Assembly: GCF_001194135.2 (NCBI RefSeq)
Contig: NC_068984.1
Coordinates: 139,456,328-139,490,330 of the forward strand
DNA: 34,003 bases
Direction: 5' to 3'
From: Octopus bimaculoides
Lineage: Eukaryota
How positions within the stretch are numbered: position 1 is the first letter of the stretch; each line of letters starts with the position of its first letter. Below, one piece after another: positions 11,442 to 22,514 of the stretch. The notes beneath the pieces are model-generated. The model was not told the DNA's origin. It searched no databases and was given only the letters and a program-made list of their open reading frames with translations. The position numbers and the translations under genes are program-made.

Positions 11442-11611
11442 CATATATACGACGGGCTTCTTTCAGTTTCCGTCTACCAAATCCACTCACAAGGCTTCGG
11501 TCGGCCCGAGGCTATAGTAAAAGACACTTGTACAAGATGCCACACAGTGGGGCTGAACCCGGAACGATGTGGTCGGTAAGCAAGCTACTTACCACACAGC
11601 CACTCCTACGG
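11015..11611 (-). mobile_element. Full-length CORE-type tRNA SINE, family A, with an internal inverted duplication
   Basis: Minus strand: GTAGGAGTGGCTGTGTGGTAAGTAGC (A-box), CGGGTTCAGCCCC (B-box), CORE-like CTTGTACAAGTGTCTTTTACTATAGCC, a microsatellite, and tail GATAGAATAAGTACTAGGC...CCTGGGGTCGAT...GCTCCAGCATGACCACAGTC...CTGAAACAAGTAAAAGA. Confidence 0.9.
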
Positions 11612-11754
11612 GTAGGTGTATAGAATATTTCTCTCTTTCATGTCATTGGGTGCACTGGTTCACAATTCTGGTGTTACATGGATGCTCACTAGGAAGTGAA
11701 TACTTATCGTATTATTATATTTCACTCATGCATTGTTCTACCCATGCATGTGTA

Positions 11755-12235
11755 TACAGAGTGGCCCAAAACTCACTTGACTATTTCAAAATATAATATT
11801 TGTTAGATATTCACATTTATACTTTTATAAACAATAAATATATTTCTTGAAAAATACTTTTAACCGGTTTTGAAAATTACCTCCTTCAAATGGCCACCAT
11901 TTTGTTCTTGTCTAAGGATAACACTTCCTAAAGTGTATTCCATCATCATTCGTAGTTTTTGACTTATTTTTTCAATTTCTTTACGGATGTTGGACATAAA
12001 TTCCTGCAAAGTCTGAGGTTTGTTACGGCATACTCTGTCTTTCTGATATCCTCACAAAAAAACATCTAATTGAATTTAGAATTGGTGTCCGGTGTGCTGG
12101 ACGACCATTGGGCGTGAAACATGTCTCTTGGAGAAGGTCACTCTGATATAAAACAGGACACGTAGGGAATGGCGTTTGACATTTTGGGGATCTTGTGCAT
12201 GCGCTTGATATCATGGCGCTCTCATAGCCAATATG
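11755..12235 (-). mobile_element. Tc1/mariner remnant: transposase C-terminus plus 3' TIR and TA
   Basis: Pieces PAH..P.LNS/LDVFL*GYQKDRVCRNKPQTLQEFMSNIRKEIEKISQKLRMMM...QEQNGGHLKEVIFKTG* (stop at 11860-11862) match the WP.RSPDL.PLDFFLWGY.K..VY.NKP.TL.EL...GGHL..VIF tail of rosa/DD41D-like transposases. The terminus TA|CAGAGTGGCCCAAAACTCAC is at 11755. The upstream limit is uncertain. Confidence 0.75.
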
Positions 12236-12290
12236 AGCCTGGGACTCATATTGGCAGTAAACATCTTGGCTTTGCTTGTCTCTGGGTCAT

Positions 12291-12475
12291 GTCAATGGGG
12301 TAGAGAGAGTCTATGGGGTAGAGAGAGTCAATGGGGTAGAGAGAGTCAATGGGGTAGAGAGAGTCTATGGGGTAGTGAGAGTCTATGGGGTAGTGAGAGT
12401 CTATGGGGTAGTGAGAGTCTATGGGGTAGAGAGAGTCAATGGGGTAGAGAGAGTCAATGGGGTAGTGAGAGTCAA
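12291..12475 (+). repeat. 18-bp minisatellite, ~10 units, running into a gap
   Basis: Unit GTC[A/T]ATGGGGTAG[A/T]GAGA. Only two positions vary and there are no spacers. Confidence 0.97.
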
Positions 12476-13106
12476 NNNNNNNNNNNNNNNNNNNNNNNNN
12501 NNNNNNNNNNNNNNNNNNNNNNNNNNNNNNNNNNNNNNNNNNNNNNNNNNNNNNNNNNNNNNNNNNNNNNNNNNNNNNNNNNNNNNNNNNNNNNNNNNNN
12601 NNNNNNNNNNNNNNNNNNNNNNNNNNNNNNNNNNNNNNNNNNNNNNNNNNNNNNNNNNNNNNNNNNNNNNNNNNNNNNNNNNNNNNNNNNNNNNNNNNNN
12701 NNNNNNNNNNNNNNNNNNNNNNNNNNNNNNNNNNNNNNNNNNNNNNNNNNNNNNNNNNNNNNNNNNNNNNNNNNNNNNNNNNNNNNNNNNNNNNNNNNNN
12801 NNNNNNNNNNNNNNNNNNNNNNNNNNNNNNNNNNNNNNNNNNNNNNNNNNNNNNNNNNNNNNNNNNNNNNNNNNNNNNNNNNNNNNNNNNNNNNNNNNNN
12901 NNNNNNNNNNNNNNNNNNNNNNNNNNNNNNNNNNNNNNNNNNNNNNNNNNNNNNNNNNNNNNNNNNNNNNNNNNNNNNNNNNNNNNNNNNNNNNNNNNNN
13001 NNNNNNNNNNNNNNNNNNNNNNNNNNNNNNNNNNNNNNNNNNNNNNNNNNNNNNNNNNNNNNNNNNNNNNNNNNNNNNNNNNNNNNNNNNNNNNNNNNNN
13101 NNNNNN

Positions 13107-13448
13107 ATGCGTGTATGTATGTATGCATGTATGCATGTATGTATGCATGTATGTATGTATGCATGCATGTATGTATGTATGTATGTATGTATGTGTGCAT
13201 GTATGTATGCATGTATGTATGTATGCATGTATGCATGCATGTATGTATACATGTATGTATGTATGTTTCTATGTATGTGTGCATGTATGTATGCTTGGAT
13301 GGATGCATGTATATATGTATGCATGCATGCATGTATGTATGTATGCATGTAGGTATGTATGCATGTATGTATGTATGTATGCATGTACGTACGTACGTAT
13401 GCATGTCTATATGTATGCATGGATGCATGTATGTATGTATGTATGTAT
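13107..13448. repeat. (TATG/CATG)n compound microsatellite
   Basis: Read directly. Confidence 0.95.
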
Positions 13449-14759
13449 AGTTTGCCGGCTGGATGGCTGGATGGATATTTGGGAAAATGAATGAGTAATT
13501 GAATGAATTCGCGTGTAGCTTTAAGAACGTTAGTGACCGAAAACGTGTGTATGCTATGGCCAACAACATTATGCAGTCTGAGTCTGTCAAAGTTCTCTAA
13601 CAAACCAGTGTTGCATTAGTAAGTACTGATAACACAACAGGTACTATTATATTAAAGATATATTATACACACGCATAAAAGCCTTGTCACGTATCTGCTC
13701 ATACTCCTATGTACACAGACACACATGTAAACAAATAAACACATACGGACACACACACATAAACCAACTAACATACACATGCTCACAGAGAGATTGGTAC
13801 GTGTCTTTGCTTTAGTCACGCGAATCAGGCTTACGTTATTACGTTTACATATTTCTGTATTTCACAATCTGATTTCAACACTTAATATTAAATTTCATAT
13901 GACGAAATACACTAAAAAGTACATTGTATACATATGATATAAATTACAATATGGACAGTGAGATAGTAAAAAGGCAGGTCTCAAGATGGGATTAAGTTAT
14001 AATCTACAGCTCACAACATCTCTTTAGTGATAGACATAAACGGAATAAATCTCTTGCGACAATATTGATTTCTTCTCTGAGACAAAAATCAACAAATTTA
14101 TAGGCGCGTGAGATTTGCGGAGATGGGATTTACATACCATTCTCAAAGTTATTAATTGTGTAAGATAAATAACCTGGCCTCCACAAAAAATCAAAATCCT
14201 CTCGTGATCTTAACTCGACATGGGTTATTTGTTATCGTTTCTTTTCTTTTTTTTTTTTTGACTTAGATATATTTATCTAATATTTCGTTTCTAAACTAGA
14301 TACATAAGTTTTATACTTTCGCAGATAAGTAGGTGGAGGCTTGGCATCTTGACAGCCTTGTATAATCCGAAGAATCTTGTGGCGTAAATAAATTGGAATG
14401 ATTTTGAAAGGGTGAAAGGTAAACATGCCGTAGAATCTGCTTACCTTTTATTTTGAAATATTGGTTTATTTCGATAAAATATAGAAGCCATTACTGCCAC
14501 TAATTTAAAATCAGAAATTGGATTACATGATGCTATTATTTCTCACAATGGTCAACAATAAAAAAATTATTCCATCAGAAAATTGCGTTAAAAAAAATAA
14601 CAAGGCTTCATCATTTGTGTAAACAACAGAGATGAAGACATTTGGTAAGACGGAATCTAGAAGCATTTAGAAAATACTATAGGTGTTATTAGTCGTGTGG
14701 AAAGCACTTATCCGTCATCTTGGTTATGGCTCCTTCTTATGTTGTAATAGTGCGAAGTT

Positions 14760-14835
14760 CAGTAATTATCAACACGGGTTCAATCCCATTTCACATCACT
14801 TTGGCCAAATGTTTTCTACCTTAGTGTTAGCATGA
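14760..14835 (+). mobile_element. Highly diverged family A SINE fragment (B-box plus CORE)
   Basis: GGGTTCAATCCCATTTCACATCACTTTGGCCAAATGTTTTCTAC resembles the family A B-box/CORE segment. Confidence 0.5.
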
Positions 14836-15126
14836 CCATAGTTAGTATTCTGAGTCGTGTGTTTTTCTCCGGCCACTCAATTATCAACAAGTCTTTCATT
14901 AGTTTCTAATGAAGAGTTGATTTCTACAAGCAGGAAATTGTACTCTCAAAGATTGAATTCCTAAGCGGTGTGCTGATGTGTTTTGAAGTAAATATCAGAG
15001 ACAAAGAAGCCAAGTTTTCTGAGAATAGACTATATAAGTAGTTTATATTTCATTGGGTTTTTTTCTGCCGTTTCTCATTAATATATCATATTTATCCTCA
15101 ATATTCGGAAGATTGAAATGCGATAG

Positions 15127-15245
15127 TTTAGCAGAATCGTTAGAATGTCGGACTAAATGCCTTGCAACATTTATTTTCTGTCCTTTATACTATGAGTTTG
15201 TGTCCCGCCGAGCTTGAGTCTACCTTTTATCCTCTCGGAGTAGAC
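15127..15245 (+). mobile_element. Diverged family B SINE, 5' half
   Basis: TAGCAGAATCGTTAG...AAATGCCTTG...TGAGTTTGTGTCCCGCCGAGCTTGAGTCTACCTTTTATCCTCTCGG aligns to 22285-22400. Confidence 0.7.
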
Positions 15246-15550
15246 GTGGTTGTGTGTTAGAAGCTTGATTCCCAGCCAGGTGGTTTGGGTTCACTTCTAC
15301 TGCACGACATTTTCTGTAATAACCCCTATAGCCGACCAAAGCTTTGTGAGCGGATTGGGTTGACGGAAACTGTTTAAAACCCCATCCTATATACATATGC
15401 GTATATCTATGTATGTGTGCATTTGAGGTTTTGTTTGTTCCTCTCCACCGCTTGACAACCGTTACTGGTTTGTTTACGTCTCCGTAATTTCACGCTTCGA
15501 CAAAATGGACAGACAGATGTAGCACCATGCTTTTAAATAAATTACATAGA
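15246..15550 (+). mobile_element. Diverged family A SINE
   Basis: GTGGTTGTGTGTTAGAAGCTTG...GCCGACCAAAGCTTTGTGAGCGGATT...GACGGAAACTG...CCGCTTGACAACCG...TTTACGTCTCCGTAA. Confidence 0.75.
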
Positions 15551-15559
15551 GATTAATAC

Positions 15560-16140
15560 AATCCACTGCTCCACATTTCTCAAATTTCATGCCCCATCGC
15601 TTTGTGAAATAATCAATATTTTGATGATCTGAAGCAAAAGCGACAGTTGTCTATGATGATACCGCATTAACCAACTGACCAGAAAATTCACGCATGGCTT
15701 CCATCTAACGCTGTTCAACAATATACAAAGCATTTATATTAGTGTAGCTTATGTTAGATTCAGTTTCCTGTAGTGTTGTAAATAGTTTAGTCTGAGTCCT
15801 GCTTTGAATGTGGATAATGTTAGGAGAATATATATTGCGATGTATTTTCCCCCAAGAAATCATCACCATATATCTCCTTAGCTACTTCTTATGACTTCCT
15901 AATTCATCCACTCCATTAATACAAAATTTCCTACTTTCGCACTTCGTCCAATTTACTACCATTTAATTTACTGTTTTCCCTCTTAATCTACAGCATTACT
16001 ACTTCATATACTTCGTAACTATTCCATTTAACACTTCATTTATTGCATTACAACACAATTTGACCCTGTATCACTTATTCTATTGTATTGCTATTAATCA
16101 TATCTATACTCTATGTCCATATTTAGTAGATCATCTCTGT
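15560..16140 (-). mobile_element. Possible ancient CR1-like LINE ORF2 remnant (heavily decayed, with deletions)
   Basis: One frame reads CNAINEVLNGIVTKYMK**CCRLRGKTVN*M...QNIDYFTKRWGMKFEKCGAV, loosely matching the EN-RT spacer and the W...W.M.FN..KC motif of CR1-type RTs. The similarity is weak. Confidence 0.35.
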
Positions 16141-16640
16141 AGTTCATTCTCTATGATTGCTTGCAATAAGAAAATGCATTAACTGTGGACGATCTGTTAG
16201 ATTAACAGCTTAGATAGCGGAAGCACTAAAACTTTCTATTTTGTCAGTATCATATTTACACCCAGTTTTATTTTTTATAAGATTGACGTTTAGCAATACC
16301 ACCAGAAATGTAGCAACCTTTCTGCATTCGAGGTTTATTGATTAAGCCTAGTGAGGAGGGTGGGTGGATTATTAGTGAAAGGGCTTCTGTTTTACATCGC
16401 AAAAGTTCATGTGAATTCGTCTGCATTTCTTCCAAAGAATATGGTCGTGAAAAGACAAACGTTCTCGTAAAGGAGATAGGGGTATGCGTCGACAAGCGTA
16501 GATGGGCACCAGAAAAGACAGAGTGGAACACCTGGAAAGACACTGAGAGAAAGTTACATACTTTGATGTATAACTTTGTCTTCCCTATGATATATTTTTG
16601 CGATTGATGTTCAAGATACATGTTTCGATCAAGAAATCAA

Positions 16641-16760
16641 CAAGAGACCAATAAAATAAGTACTAGGCTTACAAAGAATAAGTCAGGGGATGGATTTGCT
16701 CGACTAAAGGCCGTGCTCTAGCATGGCCGCAGTCAAATGACTGAAACAAGTAAAAGAATA
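16641..16760 (+). mobile_element. Family A SINE 3' tail
   Basis: AATAAGTACTAGGCTTACAAAGAATAAGTC...CTCGACTAAAGGCCGTGCTCTAGCATGGCCGCAGTCAAATGACTGAAACAAGTAAAAGA. Confidence 0.9.
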
Positions 16761-16845
16761 ACTGCAATATATATGTATGTTTTTTTTTTCAGAATGAAAT
16801 AGAAAACCAAGGCTGCGAGGAGTTTAGAACATTTATAAATAGAAG

Positions 16846-16893
16846 GTCTTACAGCTGTTTCCAGGGTATTTATTATATCCCTTCATCGGAGAT
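16846..16893 (-). ncRNA. Degenerate minimal type I hammerhead ribozyme, Penelope-like-element type
   Basis: Minus strand reads TCT-CCGATGA-AGGG ATATAATAAATA CCCT-G-GAAA-CAGCT-GTA-AGA. It has the CUGAUGA core with a U4C change, stem II AGGG/CCCT, GAAA, palindromic stem III CAGCTG, a GUA cleavage triplet and stem I TCT/AGA. Confidence 0.65.
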
Positions 16894-17277
16894 GGTCTGA
16901 GAAAATGGTTAAGCAATAGTTAATTTAGATAAGATACGAAATAGAGAGTGAAATGGAGGAATGATCCAGAATGGGTTGTATGAGCGTTTCAAGAATTTAT
17001 ATAAGAAAATATTAGTTTGATAGAAGATGAGAAGTATCAGGTTAAAAGAAGATTATTATATGATGAAGTGCCTATGATGTTTGAAGGCCATTCACACAAG
17101 GCACGGCACACACACGTACACACACACGTACACACACATACACACACACACATGTACACAGGGGTGCGCGCAAAAGTGTTTGCTCACACATCTATTGTAT
17201 TGACTTCAATAGTGTTAACTTTACATAAACACTACATGAAACAATTAGCGAACGCGCGTGGACATCAGTAAACGCAC

Positions 17278-17421
17278 GTGGTGGTGGTGGTGGTGGTGGT
17301 GGTAGTAGTAGTAGTAGCAGCGAAGGTGGTGGTGGTAGTGGTAGTAATGAGGGTGGTGGTGGTGGTGGTATTAGTAGTAGTGGTATTGATGGTAATAGTA
17401 GTAATAGTTGTGGTAGTAGTG

Positions 17422-17472
<51 letters not shown>

Positions 17473-17491
17473 ATGGTGGTAGTAGTAGTGA

Positions 17492-17527
<36 letters not shown>

Positions 17528-17945
17528 CAGCAGCAGCNNNNNNNNNNNNNNNNNNNNNNNNNNNNNNNNNNNNNNNNNNNNNNNNNNNNNNNNNNNNNNN
17601 NNNNNNNNNNNNNNNNNNNNNNNNNNNNNNNNNNNNNNNNNNNNNNNNNNNNNNNNNNNNNNNNNNNNNNNNNNNNNNNNNNNNNNNNNNNNNNNNNNNN
17701 NNNNNNNNNNNNNNNNNNNNNNNNNNNNNNNNNNNNNNNNNNNNNNNNNNNNNNNNNNNNNNNNNNNNNNNNNNNNNNNNNNNNNNNNNNNNNNNNNNNN
17801 NNNNNNNNNNNNNNNNNNNNNNNNNNNNNNNNNNNNNNNNNNNNNNNNNNNNNNNNNNNNNNNNNNNNNNNNNNNNNNNNNNNNNNNNNNNNNNNNNNNN
17901 CACCACCACCACCACCACCATCACCATCACCGCCACCACCACCAC
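17278..17945. repeat. (GTG/GTA/GCA)n trinucleotide tract, gap, then (CAC)n tract
   Basis: Read directly. The two sides of the gap are in opposite orientation. Confidence 0.9.
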
Positions 17946-18321
17946 ATGGAGATGAAGTGTGTTGCGTGGTTGGTAGCGACATGCAAAAATGTTGCTTTAC
18001 TTCCGAACGAATACTTTTTATGCAAAAAATCTAATAATAAATGGTAATATCGTATCATTTTAGTTAGAACTACTACTACTACTACTATTACAAGTAATCG
18101 ATTGTGGTTTACGGTGCTTAGGCATGTCTAAATAAAAGTGAAAGGCGCTGATTAATTGATTGATGGAAGAAATGGTGGAGAACAGGAAGTGGTTGAAATA
18201 ACATTGTTGTTCTTTATTTTTTTCTTTTATTCTGGTGTGTCGGTGCGTTAGTGTGGCGTCGTTTATATTTTTACATATACTGAACATTTTTACTCTTGAC
18301 TTAGCACAAAGCGTGCGCGCA

Positions 18322-18360
<39 letters not shown>

Positions 18361-18479
18361 GGGAAGAAGTACTGACTCAACTTCTACGATTCACTGGACC
18401 GGAACCCGGTTTGCCATGGCGTGGGAGCGAATGCGATCAGAACGTCCTTCACCTTTGAACCGGACACCAGGCTGTTTCG

Positions 18480-18595
18480 GGGTTAACTATTCACATGGTT
18501 CCGGATTTAGTCTCACTGCCTGACACCCAAGGAAAGTGTCTTTTGCTATAGCCTCAGGCGAACAAAAACATTGTATGCGAATTTAGTACACAAGC
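18480..18595 (+). mobile_element. Diverged family A SINE fragment
   Basis: CACATGGTTCCGGATTTAGTCTCACTGCCTGACACCCAAGGAAAGTGTCTTTTGCTATAGCCTCAGGC aligns to the family A B-box/CORE segment. Confidence 0.7.
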
Positions 18596-19939
18596 ACACA
18601 CATACACACACACACACATAGACACACATATTAAAAATGGGATTGCTTTAAGTTTCCCTTCCATAAATCACTACAATGGCGGCACAGCTGGCGAGCGAGA
18701 ACATAGGCTGAAATTATACGTGATGAGATGGCATGGGTATAGATATGTACTATGTCGCATACTACACGGTGACTGTGTGAGCTATCTAATCCTCATCGCC
18801 ACCGTTATATCGCTCGTTCGGATGACCTCTACTCAACTCCTACGACATCTAGACTTCTCCCTCTATATCTACGTATTGGGCTAGCCTACTTCATCATCTG
18901 GGGGCGTCGATTCAACAATATTCAAATCCCAATGACCATGAAAGTCCTGTTCCACAACAAATATATGCCTTGTCGCGGGTGGAGAGAAAAACAACGGTGA
19001 GACTGGTGACGTTAAACATGTTGCAGTTCGGGCCACTTGAGAGAAAATTAAAATACAGAAAAAAAAGAAAGCGCCAGGGCAGACGACATGAGCTGCTCTT
19101 CTCTAGAACGTGCTATTCCCAATTCTGGAAGCGGCAGTAATGGTCTCCTTTTTCCGGTCGTTCAGTCGGCGAGCAGGAACCTAACCAAGAATTTAACCAG
19201 AAAGACGAAAAGTTAGAGTTTCAGGACCGAAATACAACATAAGATGGTCGAGGTAAAGAGAGAAAAAATGCAAAACAAATAGTAGTTGTACTCGCCTCAA
19301 CTTCAGCAAAGAAAGATTATAAGATGTTCTGATCTGTGGCCACATGTTTTCCGTACAATCTAGCAAGGACAAATCGTACACTTTGTTCCTTGATGGATGA
19401 TATAAGAAAGTATCAAGTAGACAAGCCAATTTAATCTACCCTTCCATATTTTCACTCAATACCTGTGACCTGTTTCTTATAATATACACTAGGTCTGTGG
19501 CATTTATGAAACCATGCATCACTTGAAGCTTTTCAGTTATTAAGATTCCCGGATAGAGTTTCAGCAAACTAATTCATCGATACGTATGGAAGCCGCATTT
19601 AAATTTCCCAATATGACGAAATCTTGTCGAATTTAAAATGCACTGACGGTTTAAAATTGTTTGGAAGATAAAAGCAAAAGATTATTTATAGGATAATCCT
19701 TTCACAACACCTGTCCTATTTAATACCATATGATTAAAATTCTTCCAAAGGAAATTGATTTCCTTCTTATGGGAAAGCAAACTAAATGCCTTGAAGATAC
19801 GTGCGATCGATTGAGATATCTATACATTTCCATTATATCTTCTATAATTTCTCTTATGCAATTTACACATTACTATGCATACATGCATAAAATGGCGACC
19901 TGTGACAGTCGTTGCTGTTCAGGCAAAAGAGGTAAGCGG

Positions 19940-19990
19940 AATATTTCGCTTTGAGGTCTAATACCGCCGTGGTCGAATTTGCCCTTCATA

Positions 19991-19992
<2 letters not shown>
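19940..19992 (+). mobile_element. Family B SINE fragment
   Basis: AATACCGCCGTGGTCGAATTTGCCCTTCAT resembles AATTCCGCCGAAGTCGACTTTGCCTTTCAT at 22364-22393. Confidence 0.6.
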
Positions 19993-20031
<39 letters not shown>

Positions 20032-21212
20032 NNNNNNNNNNNNNNNNNNNNNNNNNNNNNNNNNNNNNNNNNNNNNNNNNNNNNNNNNNNNNNNNNNNNN
20101 NNNNNNNNNNNNNNNNNNNNNNNNNNNNNNNNNNNNNNNNNNNNNNNNNNNNNNNNNNNNNNNNNNNNNNNNNNNNNNNNNNNNNNNNNNNNNNNNNNNN
20201 NNNNNNNNNNNNNNNNNNNNNNNNNNNNNNNNNNNNNNNNNNNNNNNNNNNNNNNNNNNNNNNNNNNNNNNNNNNNNNNNNNNNNNNNNNNNNNNNNNNN
20301 NNNNNNNNNNNNNNNNNNNNNNNNNNNNNNNNNNNNNNNNNNNNNNNNNNNNNNNNNNNNNNNNNNNNNNNNNNNNNNNNNNNNNNNNNNNNNNNNNNNN
20401 NNNNNNNNNNNNNNNNNNNNNNNNNNNNNNNNNNNNNNNNNNNNNNNNNNNNNNNNNNNNNNNNNNNNNNNNNNNNNNNNNNNNNNNNNNNNNNNNNNNN
20501 NNNNNNNNNNNNNNNNNNNNNNNNNNNNNNNNNNNNNNNNNNNNNNNNNNNNNNNNNNNNNNNNNNNNNNNNNNNNNNNNNNNNNNNNNNNNNNNNNNNN
20601 NNNNNNNNNNNNNNNNNNNNNNNNNNNNNNNNNNNNNNNNNNNNNNNNNNNNNNNNNNNNNNNNNNNNNNNNNNNNNNNNNNNNNNNNNNNNNNNNNNNN
20701 NNNNNNNNNNNNNNNNNNNNNNNNNNNNNNNNNNNNNNNNNNNNNNNNNNNNNNNNNNNNNNNNNNNNNNNNNNNNNNNNNNNNNNNNNNNNNNNNNNNN
20801 NNNNNNNNNNNNNNNNNNNNNNNNNNNNNNNNNNNNNNNNNNNNNNNNNNNNNNNNNNNNNNNNNNNNNNNNNNNNNNNNNNNNNNNNNNNNNNNNNNNN
20901 NNNNNNNNNNNNNNNNNNNNNNNNNNNNNNNNNNNNNNNNNNNNNNNNNNNNNNNNNNNNNNNNNNNNNNNNNNNNNNTAGGTATGTATTTATGTATGTA
21001 TGTATGGATATGTACATGCAAATTCGTATGCTTTGTTTTATGTATGTATTCCCATGCATATACTTACATATCTAGACATGCCCATATATACTTAAATGAT
21101 AAACTTCAAATATTTACAGATCCTGTGATGGATCGGATCTGTAGTATTCGTATATATGTATGTATGCGCGTGTGTGTGTGTGTGTGTGTGTGGTTGTGTG
21201 TGTGTGTGTGTG

Positions 21213-21258
<46 letters not shown>

Positions 21259-21670
21259 ATTTTATCGCTTCGAGAGATACGTATTGAATCGTTATTCAAG
21301 GTCAAATTTCACGTAGATAAAGCCATAAGCTATAACGGGATACACGTCGAAGATTTTATCCGCCCAAAGGTCTACGTAACCAAATATTCTACTTACTGTT
21401 ATTTATAACTTATCTACGGCAACTTCCACTTCACAAGCTTTACATAATCACGTGTACAAAGGACAATTTAAATAGTATAAAAAGTTAATCTTCATTTACA
21501 GTAGGCAACCTCAACACTAATATTCATATATTACGTGTAAGACTATTCATCGGCCAAGAAATTAAAAAATAATCCTTATTTAAAGATATTGACAAGTAAA
21601 TTGATCTATGGATACCACGTGATAAAACTTGACGGTTTTACTATACCAAGATGGAGAATTAGCTAAACTA

Positions 21671-21933
21671 TTGGATTGGTGCATAATTATTGCGGCTTTT
21701 TTTTTTTTTCAACAAATTTTATTCAACAAAAACAATAACAATATATAGCAAAAGCATCTTTAAACGATTATTCCGGAGTATATTCAGCATCTTCTTCAAT
21801 TACTGCTTCCCATTTACTTGGCAGACGGTCAGACCGTCATTTAAATATGTTTTAATTAAATATTGTTTTTTTTTGTTTTGTTTTTTAATGAAATTTGTTG
21901 AAAAGTAGCCGCAATAATTATGCACCAACCCAA
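21671..21933 (-). mobile_element. Internally deleted mariner (DD34D-type) element, 263 bp, with both TIRs and TA target duplication
   Basis: TA|TTGGATTGGTGCATAATTATTGCGGCT pairs with AGCCGCAATAATTATGCACCAACCCAA|TA (27-bp TIR, 1 mismatch, imperfect extension to ~55 bp). It resembles Hsmar1-type TIRs. The interior encodes DRLPSKWEAVIEEDAEYTPE*, a mariner C-terminus. Confidence 0.92.
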
Positions 21934-22284
21934 TATAATATTTAACGTATACATATTCACTCTGCAATCACGTAATGTTTTCTCCCCTGCTATTCCGTTT
22001 TATCACAGGCTGATAAAACATATACACGCTCAAACACGCACACACACACACGCACTCACATACTTTCACGCATAAACACAGACAAACATACAGGCACACA
22101 CACACTATATAAACATATACACGTAGATATGCACAGATGCTACAATATTGTTTTGAAGATCTTCAGATAGCATTTCAGTCCCCCTCCTGACGCATACTTT
22201 TCCTCACTCCTTCCAATCAGAGATGTTTCACAGTGCATAGTTATTAACTACCCTTTTGGGTATGACATTTCCAATAATCCGCAA

Positions 22285-22500
22285 GGCAGCGAGCTGGGAG
22301 AAACGTTAGCACGCCGGATGAAATGCTTAGCGGTATTTCGCCTGTCTTTACGTTCTGAGTTCAAATTCCGCCGAAGTCGACTTTGCCTTTCATCCTTTCG
22401 ATGTCGATAAATTAATTGCCAGTTACGTATTGGGGTCGATCTAATCGACTGGCCCCCTCCCACAAAATTTCAGGCCTTGTGCCTAGAGTAGAAAAGATTT
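22285..22500 (+). mobile_element. Full-length family B tRNA-derived SINE
   Basis: GGCAGCGAGCTGGGAGAAACGTTAG (A-box), GAGTTCAAATTCC (B-box), the central GTCGACTTTGCCTTTCATCCTTTCG domain, and a tail to TAGAAAAGATT. Flanks TTCCAATAATCCGCAAGG and TTCTAATAATTCTTAAGG (14 of 18) look like a decayed TSD. Confidence 0.92.
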
Positions 22501-22514
22501 CTAATAATTCTTAA

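Noticed and set aside
12291-12475. CRISPR-like or iteron-like array
   Set aside because: The units are contiguous with no unique spacers, there are no cas genes, and the context is eukaryotic.
15855-15880. IYGDDFL motif suggesting a viral RdRp (endogenous viral element)
   Set aside because: The frame is open for only ~22 codons and motifs A and B are absent. The region is better explained as decayed LINE or chance.
15560-15900. Long frame interrupted only by TAG stops, potentially recoded to Trp by A-to-I editing
   Set aside because: The same frame has TAA stops further upstream and resembles a decayed LINE. There is no evidence of editing.
18390-18475. GC-rich segment with GCGAATG, resembling HDV-like J4/2
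   Set aside because: I could not find matching P1, P2 or P3 pairings.
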